From the NCBI GenBank assembly GCA_043789195.1, contig JAYWIC010000027.1, positions 2,359 through 66,358 of the forward strand: a stretch of 64,000 bases of DNA, written 5' to 3'. Origin of the DNA: Arenimonas sp. GTDB lineage: Bacteria; Pseudomonadota; Gammaproteobacteria; Xanthomonadales; Xanthomonadaceae. The stretch's first letter is position 1. Each line of letters starts with the position of its first letter. A program made the translations under genes and the position numbers. Under the pieces are notes generated by a model. It had not been told where the DNA came from, ran no database searches, and saw only the letters and a list, made by a program, of their open reading frames with translations. Positions 1-8,887 of this stretch are shown here, piece after piece.

Positions 1-2
1 CT

Positions 3-260
3 GCCAGCGCAAGTGACACGGGGAACCAAACCACCACACTAACGCTTACGCCAACGGGTCCCGTAATCATTGGTGCAAACATGGATGGTTACGAGCGGGA
101 CTGCTTCGCATTCCGATTGGATGGCATGGTGGATCGGGACTACCAGGCATATGGCGCAGGGTTGCGGTACGCAAATTGGACTGCTGAGCTGCAGCGCCCT
201 GAGAAACCGTTCGAATCGTTGGGTAGGTTGTTCTCGGTAAGCGCAGCACAAGATAGCTAA
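3..260 (+). CDS. 3' end of a hypothetical protein, truncated by the window edge
   Basis: Frame 3 is open from base 3 to TAA at 258-260 (ASASDTGNQTTTLTLTPTG...FSVSAAQDS*). No start codon is needed because it runs in from the edge. No family recognised. Confidence 0.5.
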   Translation, partial: ASASDTGNQTTTLTLTPTGPVIIGANMDGYERDCFAFRLDGMVDRDYQAYGAGLRYANWTAELQRPEKPFESLGRLFSVSAAQDS

Positions 261-541
261 GTTGGGTACTGCCTTACAAAAAAGCTCCGCATGGACATTT
301 CATTCAAGTTTCATATCCGGTGCGTCGGTACCTTCGAGGTTGTTGACGAATGTCCCTTATTGGCGGTCGATCAAAACCGGCAACCTTGATCAAGTCAACC
401 GGAATACACAGCTGGTTCAAATTTTGGTGCGAACTTTTAAGCCCTGAAAATTCGGCAATTGTGCCGGGGCGGTCTGGATTTAGCATTGATTGCTCAAGGC
501 ACCTAGCCTTTACTCATTTTTCGTGATGACCCAGTGGCTTG

Positions 542-569
542 GGCACAGGTCAAGGCACGATATAGGCAC
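542..569. repeat. Three GGCAC direct repeats just beyond the tRNA 3' end
   Basis: GGCAC at 542-546, 554-558 and 565-569 (11-12 bp spacing), ending 8 bp before the tRNA CCA end at 578. Confidence 0.5.
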
Positions 570-577
570 GGAGCAAT

Positions 578-654
578 TGGCGCGCCCGACAGGAGTCGAA
601 CCTGTGACCCCTACCTTCGGAGGGTAGTACTCTATCCAGCTGAGCTACGGGCGC
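578..654 (-). tRNA. tRNA-Arg(CCG)
   Basis: Reverse complement GCGCCCGTAGCTCAGCTGGATAGAGTACTACCCTCCGAAGGTAGGGGTCACAGGTTCGACTCCTGTCGGGCGCGCCA: full cloverleaf, anticodon arm CTACC-CTCCGAA-GGTAG, GTTCGA T-loop, encoded CCA. Confidence 0.97.
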
Positions 655-672
655 GTACTTAAAGCTTTTCTT

Positions 673-700
673 ATTCTACCGCTGAGCAAATCCGAGTAAA
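673..700 (-). promoter_or_regulatory. Putative sigma70 promoter of tRNA-Arg
   Basis: Minus strand TTTACT-N16-TAGAAT, ending about 18 nt upstream of the mature tRNA 5' end. Confidence 0.5.
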
Positions 701-736
701 GGATATGTGCCTTCATCTCGACCCATTTTACCCCCT

Positions 737-785
737 GAGTACTGTCTTCGGAGGGCAATACTCTATCCAGCTGAGCTACGGGCGC
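737..785 (-). pseudogene. Duplicated 5' half of tRNA-Arg(CCG) lacking the T arm and acceptor 3' strand
   Basis: Minus strand GCGCCCGTAGCTCAGCTGGATAGAGTA is identical to the first 27 nt of the intact tRNA. It continues TTGCC-CTCCGAA-GACAG (same anticodon loop), then diverges. Confidence 0.85.
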
Positions 786-840
786 TTATTTGAATGCTTG
801 CGCCTCATTTTCGCATGCGGGGGCGCTGAGGGCGAGCAAA

Positions 841-1077
841 TTATGACTTGGCTTTATACATGGCAGCATTGATGCACGACATGATGCTGACGACAAACCA
901 GCCGAAAGGCAGCAGGCTCAGGGTAATCACCCAGGTAATGGCGAAGCCGATGCAGGCCATTACAAACCAGAACAGGGCCGATAAAATCCGCCCTTGTACG
1001 AGTTGCCCGAGACCGGGAATAAACAAGCTGCAGATGGCGGCAATCACGTTACCGGTAGAACCCTGGCCCTGACTCAT
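841..1077 (-). CDS. Small membrane protein (about 78 aa) with a TM2-like N-terminal motif
   Basis: AAGGA ribosome-binding site before ATG 1077. The sequence IAAICSLFIPGLGQLVQG is followed by hydrophobic helices. Confidence 0.7.
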   Translation of the reverse strand: MSQGQGSTGNVIAAICSLFIPGLGQLVQGRILSALFWFVMACIGFAITWVITLSLLPFGWFVVSIMSCINAAMYKAKS

Positions 1078-1166
1078 GGTTGTTTCCTTATGCGGGATAG
1101 CCCCGTTCGAAAAGTATAACGCGTGCAAGACTCGTTGCCAGCGGCAACATCCGTTAACCTACCCCT

Positions 1167-2054
1167 ATGACTATCGAAGCTTTCAAAGCCATCGCGCGTG
1201 AAAGAGCCCCGCATTACTGGGCACTGATTCGCGGCGACAAACCTGTGGGCATTTTGTTGTTGTTATGGCCAACCTGGTGGGCATTGTTTCTGGCGGCCGA
1301 CGGGCTACCGCCGATCAAGATCCTGATTATTTTCACGTTAGGTGTCTGGCTAACCCGCTCGGCCGGTTGCATCGTCAATGATTACGCCGACCGCTGGCTC
1401 GATAGTCAGGTAAAGCGTACGCAACATCGGCCCATGGCCACCGGGCAAGTGTCCTCGCGCGAGGCGATCATTTTATTTTGCGTGTTGATGCTGGTCGCGT
1501 TTGGCCTGGTGTGCCTGACCAATACCCTCACGGTTTACATGAGCGTGATTGCGGTCTTTCTGGCCGCCACCTATCCGTTTTTGAAACGCTACACTTACTT
1601 GCCGCAAGTGTATCTGGGCATCGCGTTTGGTTGGGGAATACCGATGGCCTATACCGCCATCCAGGGTTCCATCCCAAATGAAGCTTGGTTATTGTTCTGC
1701 GCCAATCTGCTGTGGACCACGGCCTATGACACTTGGTATGCGATGGTGGATCGCGACGACGATATCCGCATGGGGGCGAAATCGACCGCCATTTTATTTG
1801 GCGACATGGACCTGGTTGCTCTGGGTGTTTTGTATGCCGGTTTTATCTGGGCGATGATTTTGCTCGGTCGCGGAGCCGAGCTTGGCATCAATTTCTATCT
1901 CGGCCTCGCCATTGCCTGCGGATTCATTGCTTACCAGTTTTACCGCGGGAAAAGTCGTAGACGCGAAGACTGTTTTGCTGCCTTCCTAAACAACCAGTGG
2001 GTCGGCTTGTCTATCTTTGCTGGTATCGCCCTCGATCTTCTCTTGCGGCCCTAA
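1167..2054 (+). CDS. ubiA: 4-hydroxybenzoate octaprenyltransferase
   Basis: UbiA motifs [26 protein letters not shown] and [13 protein letters not shown]; multi-pass membrane protein. Confidence 0.95.
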   Translation: MTIEAFKAIARERAPHYWALIRGDKPVGILLLLWPTWWALFLAADGLPPIKILIIFTLGVWLTRSAGCIVNDYADRWLDSQVKRTQHRPMATGQVSSREAIILFCVLMLVAFGLVCLTNTLTVYMSVIAVFLAATYPFLKRYTYLPQVYLGIAFGWGIPMAYTAIQGSIPNEAWLLFCANLLWTTAYDTWYAMVDRDDDIRMGAKSTAILFGDMDLVALGVLYAGFIWAMILLGRGAELGINFYLGLAIACGFIAYQFYRGKSRRREDCFAAFLNNQWVGLSIFAGIALDLLLRP

Positions 2055-2082
2055 GTTCGTTCTGGGCATTTCAAGCGAAAAA

Positions 2083-2838
2083 TCATCGTGCCGGCACCCG
2101 CGCAATGACCCAGATATCCACCCGCTTGACGCCCGCTTTCTTCAATATCCTTGCGCATTCCCCCACCGTTGTACCGGTGGTCATGACATCGTCGAGCAAG
2201 GCAATGTGTTCCGGCAGAGTCGCGGCTTTCAACTCAAAAGCACCTTGGCAATTCCTGCGGCGCTCGTCGGCATTCAGGTTGGTTTGTGCTTCGGTATGAC
2301 GGGTCCTTGCCAGAATGTCGGACCGCAAGCTCACCGATTTATGCCGTGCGATCCGTTTCGCCAATTCCAGTGCCTGATCGAATCCGCGTTGCCGCAGGCG
2401 TTTGCCGTGCAATGGCACCGGTACGAGAGCATCGGGCAAGGCAATGTTGTTTGTCTTTCGGCAAAACACCTCGGCCAATAGTCGTCCGGCGGCCAGATCC
2501 TGATGAAATTTGAATCTGGGCATCAATACCGATAGGGGAGCGTGGTATTGCAGGGGCGCCACGGTGTGCTGAAATTTCGGCGGTTTTGCCAAACAGCGAC
2601 CACAAGCCGGGGCAGGCGCCGCCAAAGGCAGGGCACATATCGGACAACACAAGACATTGGCCGGCAGTTCAAGCCAACAGGCTTCGCAGAGGTCGATATT
2701 AGCCATGCCCGGCTGGTCGCAGAGCAGGCAATGGGCGGGCAATATCGACCAGATCAGACTTTTACGAAAGCCGTCGACTTTTTTCAGCAGGTTTTGGTTG
2801 ACAGGAAAGGTCATGCTGACCAGACTGCCCGTCTTCAC
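2083..2838 (-). CDS. comF: ComF/GntX family protein (double zinc ribbon + phosphoribosyltransferase); start uncertain (2838, 2814 or later)
   Basis: CLLC/CEAC/CPIC/CGRC zinc ligands, RGFDQA motif and PRT motif [11 protein letters not shown]; divergent from bioB. Confidence 0.9.
   Translation of the reverse strand: MKTGSLVSMTFPVNQNLLKKVDGFRKSLIWSILPAHCLLCDQPGMANIDLCEACWLELPANVLCCPICALPLAAPAPACGRCLAKPPKFQHTVAPLQYHAPLSVLMPRFKFHQDLAAGRLLAEVFCRKTNNIALPDALVPVPLHGKRLRQRGFDQALELAKRIARHKSVSLRSDILARTRHTEAQTNLNADERRRNCQGAFELKAATLPEHIALLDDVMTTGTTVGECARILKKAGVKRVDIWVIARVPAR
2771..2805 (+). promoter_or_regulatory. Candidate BirA operator (bioO) overlapping the bioB -35 box
   Basis: GTCGACT-N16-GGTTGACAGG. 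The right arm fits the BirA half-site, the left arm is degenerate, and the 16-bp spacer matches E. coli bioO. TTGACA at 2798-2803 doubles as a -35 element. Confidence 0.55.
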
Positions 2839-2863
2839 AAGGCTTTACTGTCAGGAATTCCCT

Positions 2864-3883
2864 ATGTCTGCTGTCATCCGAAATGATTGGTCGCGCGAAG
2901 AAGTACTGACCCTGATGAACCTGCCGTTTCCGGAGTTGATGCATCGCGCCGGTGAAACCCACCGCGAGCACTTCAATCCGCAAGAGGTTCAGGTCTCCAC
3001 TTTATTGTCGATCAAAACTGGCGGCTGCCCGGAAGACTGCGCCTATTGCCCGCAGAGTGCACGCTACAACACTGGCCTGAAAGCCCATAAATTGCTGACG
3101 CTCGATGAAGTCATCGAAAAAGCCACCCAGGCCAAAAATGCCGGCGCGACCCGTTTCTGCATGGGCGCGGCATGGCGTTCGCCGAAAGACAAGGACGTGG
3201 CGCAAGTCGCCGAAATGGTCAGTGCCGTCAAAGCTATGGGCATGGAGGCCTGCGCGACGCTGGGCATGCTAAGCCCACCACAGGCCGATACCCTGAAACA
3301 GGCCGGTCTGGATTATTACAACCATAACCTCGATACCGCGCCGGAAGAATACGGCGACATCATCAAGACCCGCGATTATCAGGATCGCCTCGATACGCTC
3401 GACAATATTCGCCAGGCCGGGCTAAAAACCTGCTGTGGCGGCATTGTCGGCATGGGCGAGTCCCGCGAACAACGTGCCAATTTGCTGCATTCGCTGGCGT
3501 CCCTGCCGGAACATCCGGGTTCGGTGCCGATTAACCGGTTGGTACAAGTGGAAGGCACTCCCTTGCATGGCACCGCCTTGCTCGACCCGTTCGAATTCGT
3601 CCGTGCGATTGCGGTGGCACGCATCATCATGCCGGCCTCGATGGTGCGCCTGTCGGCCGGCCGGGCCGAAATGAACGAGGAATTGCAGGCCCTGTGCTTC
3701 CTGGCCGGCGCCAATTCGATCTTCTACGGCGAAAAATTATTGACGACCGGTAATCCAGATGTTGAAGCAGATCAAGCTTTGTTCGCCCGTTTGGGTTTAC
3801 GATCTATGCCCCTGTTCGAAGAAAGCAAGACGGTACACGCCGATGTTTTGTGCCCCGACAAAACGCAGCACTGTGCCGCCTAA
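2864..3883 (+). CDS. bioB: Biotin synthase (radical SAM)
   Basis: CPEDCAYC radical-SAM motif, RFCMGAAWR and YNHNLDT. Start placed at MSAVIRNDW after AGGA, not at the ORF-track start of 2657. Confidence 0.97.
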   Translation: MSAVIRNDWSREEVLTLMNLPFPELMHRAGETHREHFNPQEVQVSTLLSIKTGGCPEDCAYCPQSARYNTGLKAHKLLTLDEVIEKATQAKNAGATRFCMGAAWRSPKDKDVAQVAEMVSAVKAMGMEACATLGMLSPPQADTLKQAGLDYYNHNLDTAPEEYGDIIKTRDYQDRLDTLDNIRQAGLKTCCGGIVGMGESREQRANLLHSLASLPEHPGSVPINRLVQVEGTPLHGTALLDPFEFVRAIAVARIIMPASMVRLSAGRAEMNEELQALCFLAGANSIFYGEKLLTTGNPDVEADQALFARLGLRSMPLFEESKTVHADVLCPDKTQHCAA

Positions 3884-3889
3884 AACTAA

Positions 3890-5095
3890 ATGCCGCGAAT
3901 TTTAATCAGCGATAAAGTCAAAGCCGAAAAACAGGCGCGGATCCATTCTGCTTCCGTCCGGCAACGCCGCATCATTCAGGCTCGCGATGGCGTGGTGGTG
4001 AAATGCGATGGTCGCGAGCTGATCAATTTTTGCAGTAATGATTATCTCGGCTTATCGCAACATCTTGATGTTGTCTCTGCCATGCAGGAATCCGCTGCCT
4101 ATCACGGCGTCGGCAGTACCGGTTCGGCACTGGTGTGCGGCTATCACCAGGAACACGCGACTCTGGAAACCGACATCGCCGAATGGCTCGGTTACGAGAA
4201 AGCCCTGTATTTTGGTAGCGGCTATTTGGCCAATCTGGCCGTCATGCAAAGCCTGCTCGGCCCGGGCGATGTGTGCGTGCAAGACAAATTGAACCACGCC
4301 TGTTTGCTCGATGGTGCACGTTTGGCGTATTGCGAATTGAAGCGTTATCCGCATGCCGATGTCTCGGCGGCATTACGCCAACTCACCAGCCATCGCGACG
4401 GCGCCGCCATGCTGGCTACCGATGCCGTGTTCAGCATGGATGGCGATATTGCCCCTTTGCTCGATCTTGTCTTGCTGACGCGTTCACAAGACGCGATGTT
4501 GTATGTCGATGACGCCCATGGCATCGGCGTGCTCGGGCCGGAAGGTCGCGGCAGTGTGGCGGCATCCAAACTGAGCAGCAAAGAAGTCCCGCTGCTTGTC
4601 TTGCCGATGGGCAAAGCCTTCGGCGGGCAGGGTGCCATGTTGTGCGGCAGCGAGGCGATCATCGGCCACATTTCGGAAACCGCACGCCCGTATTTATTCA
4701 GTACCGCACCGCCACCCGCCATGGCCGCCGCGATGCGTGCCAGTTTGAAATTGATTCGTACCGAACCCTGGCGTCGGGCAAAACTGGCATCGTTGATTGC
4801 CCGTTTTCGCCGTGCCGGTTTTCGACACGGCCTGCCATTGCGTGATTCGCAAACTGCCATCCAGCCGATCATCCTGGGTGATAACGCGAAAGCCTTACAC
4901 GTTGCCAAATCCCTTGAAGCACAGGGTTATCTGGTCAGTGCGATTCGGCCGCCAACCGTTCCCGACGGTCAGGCGCGTATACGCGTTACCTTGACGGCCC
5001 TGCACACCGAAGAACATGTTGACGGTTTGGTTAAGGCATTGGCCAATGCTTTGGAAGACAACCGCAGCAACTCCGAAGAAAACGCGAACGCTTAA
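3890..5095 (+). CDS. bioF: 8-amino-7-oxononanoate synthase
   Basis: INFCSNDYLGL, DDAHGIG, PLP lysine in GKAFG, and AIRPPTVP. Confidence 0.95.
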   Translation: MPRILISDKVKAEKQARIHSASVRQRRIIQARDGVVVKCDGRELINFCSNDYLGLSQHLDVVSAMQESAAYHGVGSTGSALVCGYHQEHATLETDIAEWLGYEKALYFGSGYLANLAVMQSLLGPGDVCVQDKLNHACLLDGARLAYCELKRYPHADVSAALRQLTSHRDGAAMLATDAVFSMDGDIAPLLDLVLLTRSQDAMLYVDDAHGIGVLGPEGRGSVAASKLSSKEVPLLVLPMGKAFGGQGAMLCGSEAIIGHISETARPYLFSTAPPPAMAAAMRASLKLIRTEPWRRAKLASLIARFRRAGFRHGLPLRDSQTAIQPIILGDNAKALHVAKSLEAQGYLVSAIRPPTVPDGQARIRVTLTALHTEEHVDGLVKALANALEDNRSNSEENANA

Positions 5096-5851
5096 ATGAA
5101 TATCGAGCAACGTGGCACCGGCCCGGCGCTGGTGATGATTCATGGCTGGGCCATGCATTGCGAAATTTTTGCACCGCTTATTGCCATTCTTGAAAAAAAT
5201 TTCACCTGCTATCTGGTGGATTTACCAGGCCATGGCCGCAGTCTCGATGATCATGCCCGTTTGAATCTTGCCGATATCGCGAAAGAAATTTCGGCGCGCA
5301 CGCCGCCGGCGATTTGGTGTGGCTGGTCACTCGGTGGTCTGGTCGCTTTGCAGGCCTCGCAGCACCATGATTTACGCGGCCTGATTATGCTTTGTGCCTC
5401 GCCACGTTTCGTCAAAGCAGAACATTGGCCACACGGTATGGCCGCCTCAATATTCACCGGCTTCGCGCGCGATTTGCGGAAAGATTACCGCGCCACGCTC
5501 GATCGTTTTATCAGCTTGGAAGCCCAAGGTTCCGATCATATGCGTGAGGAATTACGCCTGTTGCGGGAGTCGATATTTGCCTTCGGCGAACCGGCCGAAC
5601 GCGTGTTGTGTGAAGGCCTGGAACTACTGGAAAATACCGACCTGATCGATACTTGCCGTGATTTGAACATGCCCAGTTTGTGGATTGCCGGGAAACGCGA
5701 TCGTCTGGTATCGCCTTTGGCAATGCAGACCGCAAGCGAAATTTGCCACGGTGAATTCATCGCCATCCAGGGTGGTGGCCATGCGCCGTTTCTGACCCAT
5801 GCCGATCAAGTGGCAGACGCCATCATCGGTTTTTCCAAAACACTCACATGA
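5096..5851 (+). CDS. bioH: Pimeloyl-ACP methyl ester carboxylesterase
   Basis: HGWAMH, GWSLG nucleophile elbow and GHAPF; directly abuts bioF. Confidence 0.93.
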   Translation: MNIEQRGTGPALVMIHGWAMHCEIFAPLIAILEKNFTCYLVDLPGHGRSLDDHARLNLADIAKEISARTPPAIWCGWSLGGLVALQASQHHDLRGLIMLCASPRFVKAEHWPHGMAASIFTGFARDLRKDYRATLDRFISLEAQGSDHMREELRLLRESIFAFGEPAERVLCEGLELLENTDLIDTCRDLNMPSLWIAGKRDRLVSPLAMQTASEICHGEFIAIQGGGHAPFLTHADQVADAIIGFSKTLT

Positions 5852-6756
5852 AATCGTTTCGCACTCCGGTCCTGTTTGAAAACGCTTCGCTGCGACGCAA
5901 TTTTGGCCGCGCGGCATCGACCTACGCGCAAGTCGCCGTATTGCAGCAGGAAGTCGAAAAACGCCTGATCGAGCAACTCGATTTTCTTGAAGACCGGCAA
6001 CCGCTCCGGGTACTGGATCTTGGCTGTGGCCCGGGCCGCGCCAGCGGCGTGATGAAAAAACGTTGGTCGAAAGCGCAGGTGATCGCGATCGATGCCGCGC
6101 TGCCGATGTTAAAGGAAGTCCCGAAACAAACGCGTTTCTGGCGACCGATACAACGCGTCTGTGCCGATGCCTCGCAACTCCCTCTGGCGGATTCAAGCAT
6201 CGATGTCATTTTTTCGAACCTGTGTTTGCAGTGGGTCAATGATTTGCCCGCCACGCTGGCGGAATTTCGTCGCCTCCTGAAACCCGATGGCTTACTGTTG
6301 TTTTCGACGTTTGGCCCCGACACCTTGCTCGAATTACGCGAAGCCTATTGGCAGGCCGGTGAAAAAAATCCGCCCTTAAGTCCGTTCGCGGCGATCCAGC
6401 AAATTGGCGATGCCATGATTGCCGCCGGTTTCAAAAATCCGGTGCTCGATCGCGAGTTGTATCAACTGACTTACGCGGATGTGCGCACCTTGATGAAAGA
6501 ACTCAAAGCCATCGGTGCCAACGATGCCAGGCCGCAACGCTTGCGAGGCATGGCCGGAAAAACCCGTTTGCAAAACATGACGGCCGCTTACGAAAAAATG
6601 CGCCGTGCCGACGTATTACCCAGTACTTGGGAAGTGGTCACGGTCATGGCGTGGGGACCTCAGCCCGGTGTTTCACGTCGCGAAATGGGCGCAGATATTG
6701 CGAGCTTTCCTGCCGATAGAATTCCAATCCGCGGGAACGGCGTAAGCCGCGAATAA
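5848..6756 (+). CDS. bioC: Malonyl-ACP O-methyltransferase
   Basis: SAM motif LDLGCGPG, SNLCLQW and FSTFGPDTLLELR; ATGA overlap with bioH. Confidence 0.93.
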   Translation: MKSFRTPVLFENASLRRNFGRAASTYAQVAVLQQEVEKRLIEQLDFLEDRQPLRVLDLGCGPGRASGVMKKRWSKAQVIAIDAALPMLKEVPKQTRFWRPIQRVCADASQLPLADSSIDVIFSNLCLQWVNDLPATLAEFRRLLKPDGLLLFSTFGPDTLLELREAYWQAGEKNPPLSPFAAIQQIGDAMIAAGFKNPVLDRELYQLTYADVRTLMKELKAIGANDARPQRLRGMAGKTRLQNMTAAYEKMRRADVLPSTWEVVTVMAWGPQPGVSRREMGADIASFPADRIPIRGNGVSRE

Positions 6757-6878
6757 ACCTGCACTACTGTCTTGTGGAAGCTGCTTTTGTGGGAGCTGGT
6801 TCACCTGCGATCAGAACTTTCAGGTCTCGACACACTGAATCATCAATCGCGGGTGAGCCTGCTCCCACAGTTAAATAT

Positions 6879-7835
6879 TCACCAGGGCAACGAATCCAAA
6901 TCGACATTGCCGCCAGTAATAATCAAGCCGATTTTTTTTCCTTCGAATCGGTTTTTATTTTTGATCAATGCCGCCAGCACGGTTGCACACGAAGGCTCGA
7001 CTAGTATTTTCAAACGTTCCCAGATCAGGCGCATCGCCGCGGTGGTTTCGGCATCGCTGACGGTAAAAATTTCAAGTTCGTGCGCCTGCATGATTTGCAA
7101 GTTGACATCGCCAACGGTCGCACGCAGACCATCGCAAATCGTCTCCGAGACGATATCGGTGATGCGCTTGTTTGCCTTCAACGATTCATAAGCATCCGCC
7201 GCGCCTGCCGGTTCGGCACCGAACACGCGGCAATGTTTTGACTTGCCTGCGACGGCGATCAGGGTGCCGCTGATTAGACCACCGCCACCCACCGGCGCGA
7301 TCATGGCATCGAGTGTCGGGCTTTGTTGCAAACACTCCAGAGCAGTCGTGCCCTGTCCCGCGATGACATCGACATGGCTGTAGGGATGAATCAATACCGC
7401 ACCGGTCGTTTGCCGGATGCTTTCGGCAGTGTCGTCGCGATCTTTCATGGTGTTTCCACAGAACGTGATTTTTCCGCCGGCTTGTTCGATGGCTTTGAGT
7501 TTTGCCGGATTCGCGCCTTCGGGCACCACGATGTACGCTGGGATATTTCGGGTTTTCGCGGCCAGTGCGAGTGCAGCACCGTGATTGCCGGAGGAATGGG
7601 TAACAACGCCATTGACTGCATCCGGTTCGCTTAAATGCCAAACCGCATTGCAGGCGCCGCGAAATTTGAAAGCGCCGGCGCGCTGGAAGTTTTCGCATTT
7701 GAAAAAAAGCTCGGCGCCGATCAGGTCATTCAACGAGGACGACTGTAAAACCGGCGTGACGCGGGCATGTGGCGCAATGCGTGCAGCGGCTTCCAGTACG
7801 TCGCTGAAGGTAGGTGTGCGGATTGTGCTAACCAT
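6879..7835 (-). CDS. PLP-dependent serine/threonine dehydratase or serine racemase family enzyme (catalytic domain only)
   Basis: FKCENFQRAGAFKFRGA, SSGNHG, PVGGGGL and ITGGN motifs; no C-terminal regulatory domain. Confidence 0.9.
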   Translation of the reverse strand: MVSTIRTPTFSDVLEAAARIAPHARVTPVLQSSSLNDLIGAELFFKCENFQRAGAFKFRGACNAVWHLSEPDAVNGVVTHSSGNHGAALALAAKTRNIPAYIVVPEGANPAKLKAIEQAGGKITFCGNTMKDRDDTAESIRQTTGAVLIHPYSHVDVIAGQGTTALECLQQSPTLDAMIAPVGGGGLISGTLIAVAGKSKHCRVFGAEPAGAADAYESLKANKRITDIVSETICDGLRATVGDVNLQIMQAHELEIFTVSDAETTAAMRLIWERLKILVEPSCATVLAALIKNKNRFEGKKIGLIITGGNVDLDSLPW

Positions 7836-8777
7836 CTACTGCTCCGTTTTTTTCTGTCCCAATAAACTGCTCATGCTCGAACCGATGACCACAAGAATAG
7901 CGCCAATATAACCAAAGGCCGTCACGTGCTCGGAAGCTATCGTCGTCGGTGAAATCGCATGCACAATCGCCACACTTGCCAGACACAGCAATGGCGTCAC
8001 GGCCAATATCGCCGACACCCGCGAGGCTTCCCAATGCACCAGTGCTTCGGCAAACGCGCCATAGGCAATCAGGGTATTGATCGCGCAATACGCCAGCGCC
8101 CAGGCATGCACGCCATCGAGTTCAAATAATCTTTGCGGATGCGAAAACGGCAGCAATACGAGGGTGGCGACGGCATAGATAAAAAACAGAATCATCTGCG
8201 AGCTCAATCGCATCAACAATTGTTTTTGTATCAATGCATAACCGGCCCAGACGACGGCGGCAAAAATCACCGACCCCGAACCGATCAAATATGCTTGCGT
8301 GCCGAGTGGCGTGCCCTTGAACTGATCGCTGAAAAAAAGCAGCAGACCGCAGGCAATCGTGGCCAGGCCACACCATTGGCCCCATTGGTAAATTTCGCGA
8401 AAGACGAAAATGCCGCCCAGCGCCATCAGCAGCGGTGCGAGCTGAATCAATAACTGCGCGTTTGCCGGCGTGGTGTATTGGACACCGAACAGATAGAACA
8501 CGTAATTACCGATGAGCAACAACGCGGCCGCGCTCAAATGCCACCACCGCTTGCCGTCCAGCCCCTTGAAAGCGGACAGGCCTCCGCGCCAGCTCAACCA
8601 TCCCAGCATGACAATCGTTGCCACCAGGAAACGGAACCAGGTCAGCGTAAGGGCGTCGAGTTGCTCCAGCGTTATCTTCAAGGCAATCGGCAAACTGGCC
8701 CAGCAGGCCGCCGTGATCAGCGCCAACAACAGGCCAAGTCGCCAACGGCCCGACGCTTGATGTAAGGCCATGTGCAT
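7836..8777 (-). CDS. EamA/DMT family transporter
   Basis: About 10 hydrophobic helices in two repeats; its stop codon abuts the dehydratase start, consistent with an operon. Confidence 0.88.
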   Translation of the reverse strand: MHMALHQASGRWRLGLLLALITAACWASLPIALKITLEQLDALTLTWFRFLVATIVMLGWLSWRGGLSAFKGLDGKRWWHLSAAALLLIGNYVFYLFGVQYTTPANAQLLIQLAPLLMALGGIFVFREIYQWGQWCGLATIACGLLLFFSDQFKGTPLGTQAYLIGSGSVIFAAVVWAGYALIQKQLLMRLSSQMILFFIYAVATLVLLPFSHPQRLFELDGVHAWALAYCAINTLIAYGAFAEALVHWEASRVSAILAVTPLLCLASVAIVHAISPTTIASEHVTAFGYIGAILVVIGSSMSSLLGQKKTEQ

Positions 8778-8887
8778 TCCTTGGTTTACGTTATCGCGTG
8801 TATCCTAACATTTCAGCCTGTCGGGCCGAAAAGTTAAGTCTCGATTCACCCGGGGTCAATGACACTGCATCAACTCAGGAGTCGGTT

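Noticed and set aside
304-486. Minus-strand 60-aa ORF near the tRNA, considered as a toxin or other gene remnant
   Set aside because: No RBS or recognisable motif; the resemblance is too weak to support.
2657-2863. Long N-terminal extensions given by the ORF track for bioB (and similarly dnaA, recF, gyrB, mnmE, cls and the kinase)
   Set aside because: They overlap neighbouring genes or promoters and precede the conserved N-termini. Downstream ATGs fit better.
6669-6684. TGTTTCACGT in bioC resembling parS
   Set aside because: Only a half site; the right arm (CGCGAA) does not complete the palindrome.
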